This document shows, piece after piece, positions 25,514 to 32,000 of a stretch of DNA of 32,000 bases. The translations under genes were made by a program, and so were the position numbers. This DNA comes from Pyrobaculum aerophilum str. IM2 (GTDB taxonomy: Archaea; Thermoproteota; Thermoprotei; Thermoproteales; Thermoproteaceae). The DNA lies in assembly GCF_000007225.1 (NCBI RefSeq), contig NC_003364.1, positions 1,920,001-1,952,000 on the forward strand, written 5' to 3'. The notes under the pieces are model-generated. The model saw only the letters and a program-made list of their open reading frames with translations, was not told the origin of the DNA and made no database searches. The stretch's first letter is position 1. Each line of letters starts with the position of its first letter.

Positions 25514-26212
25514 TTAGGCCATCCGGAGTATAAACCTCGCGTCTACTACATATGCCCCCTTGCCCTCCTCCAGCGCTATGACTGGGTTGAGGTCTGCCTC
25601 AGCGATTTCGGGGTTTTCTTGAATTAAGCGGGCGAATTTGAGCACAATATCCACTACAGCCGGTATGTCGCGCGGCGGCATTCCCCTGAACCCCGTGAGC
25701 AGGCGGTAGGCCTTAACCTCTTGTACCATTTCCCACGCGTCTTCCGGCTCTATGGGTATTATGCGCATGGAGATGTCTTTATAAAGCTCTGTGAAAATGC
25801 CCCCCAGGCCGAATAAGACGGCGTGTCCGAAAATCTCGTCGTATACAGAGCCCACTATTAGCTCCACCCCCCTGGGGATCATCTTCTGTATTAACACGCC
25901 CTCCAGTTCGGCGTATGGCACTCTCTTCACCACTTCTCTCAGCCGTTTACACGCATCTCTGATCCCCTGGGCGTCGTTAATGCCGAGTATAACTCCGCCA
26001 ACGTCAGTCTTGTGGACAATTTGCCTTGAAATAATCTTGGCCACAACTGGAAAGCCTATTTCCTCAGCCGCTTTAACCGCCTCCTCTTCGTCTCTAGCCA
26101 CGGCGAACTCCGGAACGGGTATGCCATATGCCCTTAATAAGGCCAACGCCTCGTCTTCTTTAAGCTTATTACGCCCCTCGCCGACTGCCCTAGCCACAAT
26201 TGGGTGGGTCAT
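25514..26212 (-). CDS. acdB: Acetyl-CoA synthetase (ADP-forming) beta subunit (ATP-grasp)
   Basis: 232 aa. LLRAYGIPVPEFAVA, GFPVVAKIIS..IVHKTDVGGV. The start overlaps the alpha-subunit stop by 4 nt. Confidence 0.85.
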   Translation of the reverse strand: MTHPIVARAVGEGRNKLKEDEALALLRAYGIPVPEFAVARDEEEAVKAAEEIGFPVVAKIISRQIVHKTDVGGVILGINDAQGIRDACKRLREVVKRVPYAELEGVLIQKMIPRGVELIVGSVYDEIFGHAVLFGLGGIFTELYKDISMRIIPIEPEDAWEMVQEVKAYRLLTGFRGMPPRDIPAVVDIVLKFARLIQENPEIAEADLNPVIALEEGKGAYVVDARFILRMA

Positions 26213-27594
26213 AGCCTCCTCCTAATCTCCCCGTATTTATACAGCGCCCACAGGGCTTTAGCGGCCCTGTCGGGCGTGGGGTAGACGGGAATGCCGTTGT
26301 CCTCCAGCGCTTCTTCGAACTTCTGCACCAGCTCGCTGCCGCCGAAATTAACCACAGCTATGGGCTTTCCGTACTTCTTGGCGTCTATAATGTATTCAGA
26401 CAAGTTTTTAGTAAGGCCTGGCACTTGCATTAAAGTTACTATTAACGCCATGTCGAAAAAAGCCGTGGGTAGGAGCATATCAATTACAATTTTGTAGTGC
26501 TCATCGGTGGCGCTACCAGTAACGTCAATAGGGTTAGACACCGCTGCAAATGGGAGCAACTCTCTCTTTAGCTCTTTAGCTATGCTCTCGGGCACTTCTG
26601 GCACCTCAAGCCCTAGGGATTCTAAGGCGTCTACGGCTTGAATGCCCATCCCCCCGCTGTCAGAAACTACAAGCACGCGTCGCCCTCGCGGAATTGGCTG
26701 CGTCGCCAGCGCCTTAGCCATGTCAAACATCTCACGGACTGAAGATGCCTCTATAATTCCGGCTTGTTTAAACAAGCCGTGGTACATTTCATAAGTTCCG
26801 GCCATAGCGGCCGTGTGGCTTCTTACAGCTCTCTGCGCGGCGCTTCCCCTGCCGGCCTTATAGGCCACAATAGGCTTTTTTACAGCGACTTTTCTCGCAG
26901 TTTCAAGAAACCTTCTTGCCTCGCCGAAGTACTTAAACCCCTCTATATATACTGTAATTACTTTTACACGATCGTCGTTAGCAAAGGCTTCTAAGAGCTC
27001 TATCTCCGTCACGTCTGCCTTGTTTCCGTAGTTTGCCATAAAGCCGAGCCCCAGCCTCCTTCTCGCCGCCCAGTCCATAATTGCAGCGGCCACAGCCCCG
27101 CTCTGGCTGATGAGAGCTAAAGGCCCAGGGGGCGGCCTCCCTGCCCGATCGGCCGGGAGGAAGACTGTGTCGAAATTTGAGTAGGCGTTGTATATCCCTA
27201 TACAATTTGGCCCCAGCACTCTAATGCCGTATTGCCTAGCCACCGCCCTGACCCAGTTCTCCAGTTCTGCGTTTCCCGCCTCGGCGAAGCCGCTACTAAT
27301 TATTATCGCGGCGGACACCCCCTTGCGCCCCGCCTCCTCTAGCACTTTAGGGACTGTCGGCGCCGGAGTGGCTATAACTGCAACGTCTACTGCCTCTTGG
27401 ATTTCCAGTATAGATTTATAGAACTTCAGCTTACGCCCCCACAGCTCTGCTTCGTCGTATTTGGGGTTGACTGGATACACGGAGCCTTGGAATCTGTTAA
27501 CTAAATTCTCCAGAATGACGTAGCCCACAGATCCTTGCTTTGCCGATGCGCCTATTACTGCGACGCTTTGGGGATCAATTAACTTAGAGAGCAT
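26209..27594 (-). CDS. acdA: Acetyl-CoA synthetase (ADP-forming) alpha subunit (CoA-binding plus ligase-CoA domains)
   Basis: LIDPQSVAVIGAS...GSVGY, GPNCIGI, and the phosphohistidine-loop region RSHTAAMAG. I prefer ATG 27594 (MLSKLIDP) over ATG 27639, whose extra 15 codons cover a TATA-like ATATACATTTATATTA. Confidence 0.85.
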   Translation of the reverse strand: MLSKLIDPQSVAVIGASAKQGSVGYVILENLVNRFQGSVYPVNPKYDEAELWGRKLKFYKSILEIQEAVDVAVIATPAPTVPKVLEEAGRKGVSAAIIISSGFAEAGNAELENWVRAVARQYGIRVLGPNCIGIYNAYSNFDTVFLPADRAGRPPPGPLALISQSGAVAAAIMDWAARRRLGLGFMANYGNKADVTEIELLEAFANDDRVKVITVYIEGFKYFGEARRFLETARKVAVKKPIVAYKAGRGSAAQRAVRSHTAAMAGTYEMYHGLFKQAGIIEASSVREMFDMAKALATQPIPRGRRVLVVSDSGGMGIQAVDALESLGLEVPEVPESIAKELKRELLPFAAVSNPIDVTGSATDEHYKIVIDMLLPTAFFDMALIVTLMQVPGLTKNLSEYIIDAKKYGKPIAVVNFGGSELVQKFEEALEDNGIPVYPTPDRAAKALWALYKYGEIRRRL

Positions 27595-27672
27595 AACAAT
27601 TGTATTGAAGATAATATAAATGTATATAGGTAGCGGCATGTTAAACGTTGTGTTGATATATGGAGCCGTTAA

Positions 27673-28401
27673 ATGAATCCATTGATTAGGGTGAACTTGC
27701 TGAAGACACTGGGGGCTGAGGTGGGATACCTCGGCGAAAAAATATTCGCAAGCGTCTTTCCCCGCGCCGCACGCGGCGAGGCAGTTGCCATATTGTTAGA
27801 GGGCATATATTCAGCAGGGCGCGTGTCTAGACGCGCAGGCGCGTTGCCCCGGGAGACTGGCGTTGGGATTTTTTCAAGACACGTAACATCGGAATGGCCT
27901 ATTCACAAGTCGTGGTACGTGCCTGTGGTTGAAAACGGAGAGCCTGCGGTGTATATTGACCCGCCCAGGGGCCTAGTTAAATACTTAGGCAGAGACGTAG
28001 AGGGGAGCTACGCATATTTATTACAAATAGGGCTGGAGGAGTTGAAGAAATACGTGTTTAGCGGCGCGCCCCCGACGTATCTGAGGGGACTGGACTTTTT
28101 CACTAAGGCAGAAATCGAGGCAACGTCAGTTCTCTACGACAGACTCAAAGGCGGCGATGACTTCATTGCCCTAGTCATTGAGACGCTTAAAGACGTGGAT
28201 TTCTTGCTGGAGGAGGGCGGAGTGGTGTATCACGTTGAAGTAAAGACTACTGCAACTCCCCACGAGGCAAAGCTGCGTAAAAAACGTCTGTTATTACAGA
28301 AGAGGCAGTGGGTGTTGGGGAGGCTGGGCCTTAGGCCTGCCTTAGCCGTAGTCGTGCCTAGAGAAAATTGGGAAGTGGAAATATATCTAGAAAAAAATTA
28401 A
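27673..28401 (+). CDS. Hypothetical protein with a C-terminal PD-(D/E)xK (restriction-endonuclease-like) nuclease motif
   Basis: DVDFLLEEGGVVYHVEVKTT (D174/D176 ... E189-V-K191) is followed by a basic helix and a hydrophobic strand (LGLRPALAVVV), as in Hjc/NucS-type folds. The N-terminal ~160 aa is unrecognised. Confidence 0.55.
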   Translation: MNPLIRVNLLKTLGAEVGYLGEKIFASVFPRAARGEAVAILLEGIYSAGRVSRRAGALPRETGVGIFSRHVTSEWPIHKSWYVPVVENGEPAVYIDPPRGLVKYLGRDVEGSYAYLLQIGLEELKKYVFSGAPPTYLRGLDFFTKAEIEATSVLYDRLKGGDDFIALVIETLKDVDFLLEEGGVVYHVEVKTTATPHEAKLRKKRLLLQKRQWVLGRLGLRPALAVVVPRENWEVEIYLEKN

Positions 28402-28416
28402 GATTTCTTAATTTTT
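28393..28416. terminator. 10-bp inverted repeat AAAAATTAAG-ATTT-CTTAATTTTT spanning two convergent, overlapping stop codons
   Basis: Read directly. It gives a T5 run on both strands immediately after each stop. Confidence 0.35.
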
Positions 28417-28964
28417 AAAATATCGCTAATTAATTTATTGTTTGGCACTAATATCTTATTACCCTCGGCGTCTCTAATAACTGTATACATGGCATTTATA
28501 TCCTCTACAATTCCCTCCTGGCCGGCGCCAATAATTTTATCGCCTATTTTAAAAGGCCTGGCCAACAGTAGAAACGTCCCAGCTACAGCTTGCCCAAGGA
28601 CTTGCTGTGTGGCAAAGCCTATAACTAAGCCGATGAAGCCCCCTAAAGCCGCTGCGGCTGGACCTCCAGACACGGCCCCCGCTATAGCGGCAACTAAACC
28701 GCCTATCCCCAGGAGTTTTATTAAATTCGACACAGCCTTGCCGGCTGTTTCTCCCTGCTTCTTGGCCACCGGCAGTGCAATTATGTCAGCAAAGGCTTTT
28801 ACTATCTGCCACCCGAAGTACAGCGAGAGGAGGATGTCGATGTAAATTTTGTAGTCTTTCACCGCCGGGTATGTCCCGCTGGCAAAGTTAAATACGTATT
28901 GCACAGCGGCCATTACGACGACGTAAAGGACTATCCACAGCGCTAGTCTGCCCACGGGGTTCAT
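28398..28964 (-). CDS. Minimal MscS-like membrane protein (188 aa)
   Basis: TM helices, a Gly/Ala-rich pore-like helix (GGFIGLVIGFATQQVLGQAVAGTFLLLARPFKIGDKI), and a short beta segment. Lacks the C-terminal alpha/beta domain present in the 269-aa paralog at 3611-4420. Confidence 0.65.
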   Translation of the reverse strand: MNPVGRLALWIVLYVVVMAAVQYVFNFASGTYPAVKDYKIYIDILLSLYFGWQIVKAFADIIALPVAKKQGETAGKAVSNLIKLLGIGGLVAAIAGAVSGGPAAAALGGFIGLVIGFATQQVLGQAVAGTFLLLARPFKIGDKIIGAGQEGIVEDINAMYTVIRDAEGNKILVPNNKLISDILKIKKS

Positions 28965-29065
28965 GGGCGCGCATAAATACCTGTTTTTAAATATAACGGT
29001 GAATTATTATTGAAACATTGTTACTAGCCACCCTTATGTTTATAACTTGGTGCTAGCTAGAGGGC

Positions 29066-29542
29066 GTGCCCCGGCATATTGCCGTGTTGCTCGGCGTTGG
29101 CGGCGTCGGAAAAACCACGTTAGTATATAGGCTTATGGGCTTGTCAATAAGGCCTACGGTTACTTTGAGGCCGGGCATTTACAGACTGTACATAGCCAAC
29201 AAGGAGATTAATCTTATTGACGTGCCAGGCCAGTACGTTTTTGAGGTGGTGCAGAATTTTGCCAGGATGTGGAGTTTTTACGTCGATAAGGCCGTATATA
29301 TGTACGACGTGTTGGACTACGACACTTTACGCTCGCTCGTTGAAATACACAGCAGGTTGCTAGACAGAGGGATTAAGCCGTTTAAGAGACTGGCAGTTGT
29401 GGGTAATAAAATGGATCTCGCCAGAGAATACGGCGTTCAAATAGAGGCTGACGAAATAGCACAAAATATAGGGGCTAATGAAATTTTTTACATATCAGCG
29501 CTGAGAGATGACCCAAGGGATTTAGTAAGAGTAATTCTATAG
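29066..29542 (+). CDS. Ras-superfamily small GTPase (158 aa)
   Basis: G1 GVGGVGKT, G3 DVPGQ, G4 GNKMD, G5 SAL. GTG start. Confidence 0.8.
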   Translation: MPRHIAVLLGVGGVGKTTLVYRLMGLSIRPTVTLRPGIYRLYIANKEINLIDVPGQYVFEVVQNFARMWSFYVDKAVYMYDVLDYDTLRSLVEIHSRLLDRGIKPFKRLAVVGNKMDLAREYGVQIEADEIAQNIGANEIFYISALRDDPRDLVRVIL

Positions 29543-31462
29543 AATAACTTCCCAAGCCGCTTGTCTATACAGCTCCTCGACAGACTTTATGAATTGGGGC
29601 GTGTATTCATATCTGAGGTCTGACCGCCGTAATTCTGCGATGGCTAGATCTAACAGCTTTAACGCCTCTTGATGCCTTCCCTTCTCCGCCATTTTTCTCG
29701 CGACGTGATATAACGAGGAGATTTTTAAATAAGGACAGTCGCAACTGGGCACTGCCTTGGCCGCCGCATCGGGATCTGCTGACGCCATGGCCGCCACCGC
29801 CGCCTCGACGGATTTATAGTCGCCGAATTCCAGCGCGGTGCTGATAATTCGGCTTAGAACTGATAATGAATCTCTCGGAGGGGCGTTCAGGAAATGCGCC
29901 ACTGCCACTTTCCTTACAGCGTATGGAGTGCCTCTTTCTGCCGCCACTTCTATATAATCGCGGTAAAGGAGGTAAAAGAGCTCCAAGGCGTCTTGTCGGC
30001 GCAAGGCTTGGGAGTAGAGAATCTCCGCGAATTTTTCCAAGCACGCCGCAGGCGCCCTCCGCGCGTCTATTAACGCTAATTGCGTTAAGAGCTCCCGCCC
30101 GCTCGCGTCTTCACAACGGATTAATTGCGGCGTTGGGAACTCCAAAGTTATTCTCTTCGGCGCTACGCCTAACGCCTCTATTACTGCCCGCGAGGGTGCT
30201 CCTCCGTAACAGAGGTACTGCCCTATTGGCTGGGCGCAGAAGTCGTATTCGCCCAGCGCAATTGATGCCATAGCCTTAGCCAGCTCAAGCGCCAGCTCTG
30301 GACGGATAGCCAACAAGCCCTTATACACAATCCTAAGCCTTTGAGCTGAGCTATCGGCTTGTGTTAAACATGGGTTTTCTGCTAGAGTAAGCCCAAGGGC
30401 CTCTTTGACGATGCTCTCTTTAGGAGATACGGCCCATCTTACGGCATATGCTACCTCCTCCCTCGGCCTGTACAGCTCCCTAAGCTCTTCCAACACCTCC
30501 TCCCTTACCCCTGTATCTGTAGTTAATTTACTGAGTATAGAAAGTCTTCGCGCGATGTATTCTACTTGGGCCAGCGGGTAGGCGATGTCGATGGGGAGGT
30601 GTTGCCCTTCTAAACTAAGCGTTAGGGGGGTTGACACCGCCTTTGCCGCTTGACAAGTTGGGAAGAATAACTCGCGATACAGATCGTAGTATATTTTTGA
30701 AAGGCCCTTTAAAGTCTCTTTATACAGCTCCTCAGCCTTATACGGCGCACACCTCCTGCGCGCATAAAGCCTCCCGCCGTGGGCGGCGAGGGCGAAAACC
30801 CCACTTGCGTCTTTATGCCTCTCTAGTACATACTCAACGAACTGGCTAGGGGCGCTTTTCCTACAGCCGAGGGCTGAGGCGTGTGAGGAAAAGACCTCCT
30901 CCAAGACTTGCCGTAAGTTAATGCGGTTGAGGTACTCTGAGATGTCTAATATCTTCATGTTTCTCTCCACCAGCTCCTTACAGGGGGAAAAGCTGAATAA
31001 GTCGCGGGGCAGTACTAAAAGCGTGGGAATGTCGCGGGTGTTTAAATACATCGCGCGGTCAATTACATATTTACACTTACGCGCCCATTGCGCCCCAAGC
31101 TCCCCCCTCGGGACGAGGGGGTTGTCGTAAAAGGAAATGCCCAACGGATCGTAGAAGCCTAAGGCATTAGGCACCTCGTGTAACATCTCAAGCAGGCTGT
31201 CAAAGGTAATTACATCAACGCCTAGATCTAACACGGCGTAATATTCGCCGACGAATCGCGCCGCTATATATCTAGCCAATACCGACTTACCTGCACCGTG
31301 AGGCCCTATGAGCGCCACTGAATTTCCGGCCTTTAGCGTGGCGGTAATGCGTGTTTCCAGCTCGCTAAACCAATTGACCAGCTTGGCCTTATAGCCGTCT
31401 GTAATGTTAAGAACATAATATTCATCGGCCTCTCTCGCAATCCCTAAAAGAGAAGTGGACAC
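29537..31462 (-). CDS. Large P-loop NTPase (641 aa) with a long alpha-helical C-terminal region (STAND/archaeal-ATPase-like)
   Basis: Walker A GPHGAGKS with a candidate Walker B PTLLVLPRD. The remaining ~450 aa is Leu/Ala/Arg/Glu-rich and helical. GTG start. Confidence 0.7.
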   Translation of the reverse strand: MSTSLLGIAREADEYYVLNITDGYKAKLVNWFSELETRITATLKAGNSVALIGPHGAGKSVLARYIAARFVGEYYAVLDLGVDVITFDSLLEMLHEVPNALGFYDPLGISFYDNPLVPRGELGAQWARKCKYVIDRAMYLNTRDIPTLLVLPRDLFSFSPCKELVERNMKILDISEYLNRINLRQVLEEVFSSHASALGCRKSAPSQFVEYVLERHKDASGVFALAAHGGRLYARRRCAPYKAEELYKETLKGLSKIYYDLYRELFFPTCQAAKAVSTPLTLSLEGQHLPIDIAYPLAQVEYIARRLSILSKLTTDTGVREEVLEELRELYRPREEVAYAVRWAVSPKESIVKEALGLTLAENPCLTQADSSAQRLRIVYKGLLAIRPELALELAKAMASIALGEYDFCAQPIGQYLCYGGAPSRAVIEALGVAPKRITLEFPTPQLIRCEDASGRELLTQLALIDARRAPAACLEKFAEILYSQALRRQDALELFYLLYRDYIEVAAERGTPYAVRKVAVAHFLNAPPRDSLSVLSRIISTALEFGDYKSVEAAVAAMASADPDAAAKAVPSCDCPYLKISSLYHVARKMAEKGRHQEALKLLDLAIAELRRSDLRYEYTPQFIKSVEELYRQAAWEVIL

Positions 31463-31478
31463 GTGAGCTACCAGTTAC

Positions 31479-31490
31479 AAATATATAAAT
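31479..31490. promoter_or_regulatory. Shared AT-palindromic TATA element (AAATATATAAAT) between divergent genes
   Basis: It lies about 22 nt from GTG 31462 (minus gene) and about 25 nt from ATG 31510 (L40e). The spacer is only 47 nt. Confidence 0.5.
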
Positions 31491-31509
31491 TCCCTCGTTT
31501 CTTCCAGCC

Positions 31510-31671
31510 ATGCCCATTACCCTAGATCCGGAAAAACTAGCGATAGTAATGAAACACCGCTTCCAGTACAAAATCTGCAGGGAGTGCGGCGCAAAAAACC
31601 CGCCCGATGCCGTGAAATGCCGCCGTTGCCGCTCGCGGAATTTAAGGCCGAAACGATTTAGAAAGAAGTAG
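31510..31671 (+). CDS. rpl40e: 50S ribosomal protein L40e (53 aa; below the ORF-track cutoff)
   Basis: My translation is [53 protein letters not shown]. It has the C-x2-C...C-x2-C zinc ribbon and basic tail typical of L40e. Confidence 0.88.
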   Translation: MPITLDPEKLAIVMKHRFQYKICRECGAKNPPDAVKCRRCRSRNLRPKRFRKK

Positions 31672-31860
31672 TAAACCGCCAAAGGGGATTCTCCCCTCTA
31701 GGCGCCGTCACCAACTCGGGCTTATACGCTGTTTTGAGAAGCGCGGCTTTGGCGAAAAATAACGTCTTTTGTCGCCTTTACTCTCCCGCTCTAGACGCTT
31801 CTATACGCACTTTTGTGGAGTCCTAGCCGTTCGCGACGAGGGGAGTAAGGCTGAAAACCG

Positions 31861-32000
31861 CTATGCCAAGTTTACGCCGACTTGCTCTAAAATTTCTTTC
31901 ATTAAGAGCGCGTCCTTTTCTAATAAGGGAGATTCGCAGATTAGCGTTATTGTAATATCTCTATTTTTCAACTCCCTAGCCAGCGGTTCAAAGGGGGGCA
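31861..32000 (-). CDS. 3' end of a gene running off the window (46 codons seen), function unknown
   Basis: My translation is ..PPFEPLARELKNRDITITLICESPLLEKDALLMKEILEQVGVNLA*. It faintly resembles C-termini of xylose-isomerase-like TIM-barrel / endonuclease IV proteins, but this is weak. Confidence 0.45.
   Translation of the reverse strand, partial: PPFEPLARELKNRDITITLICESPLLEKDALLMKEILEQVGVNLA

Noticed and set aside
1-32000. CRISPR arrays, rRNA genes, IS elements, transposases and integrases.
   Set aside because: I saw no regularly spaced direct repeats, no rRNA-like sequence and no transposase or integrase motifs in any frame.

Overview
This 32-kb chromosomal segment reads as a hyperthermophilic crenarchaeon of the Thermoproteales, most likely Pyrobaculum-like. 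The clues are PaREP1/PaREP2-type paralog families, a tRNA with an intron at a non-canonical position, TATA boxes about 25 nt upstream of many start codons (implying leaderless mRNAs), frequent GTG/TTG starts, and 4-nt gene overlaps. I can support about 36 protein genes, 2 tRNAs and 1 candidate C/D box sRNA. Two protein genes are missing from the ORF track: ribosomal protein L40e, and a partial gene at the right edge. Most of the window is translation and RNA-processing housekeeping: THUMP methyltransferase, PIN-ATPase-KH protein, RNase Z, KsgA/Dim1, GatE, L34e, cytidylate kinase, fibrillarin, Nop5, RadA, L40e, and ADP-forming acetyl-CoA synthetase alpha/beta. Three segments look accessory. (1) 9.1-10.4 kb holds a PaREP2-like internally repetitive ORF preceded by an in-frame ORF fragment cut off by TAA-TGA. 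(2) 21.0-24.1 kb holds a cassette bounded and split by two extremely AT-rich tracts. It encodes a secreted glycoprotein-like protein, a low-GC wHTH regulator overlapping a membrane protein, a ParA-like ATPase lacking the signature lysine with GAGTTT iterons upstream, and a C/D sRNA candidate. (3) 27.7-31.5 kb holds four uncharacterised genes in alternating orientation: a PD-(D/E)xK nuclease-like protein, a minimal MscS-like channel, a Ras-like small GTPase, and a 641-aa P-loop NTPase with a long helical C-terminus. I saw no rRNA, CRISPR array, transposase or integrase. All functional calls rest on motif recognition by eye. No database search was possible.
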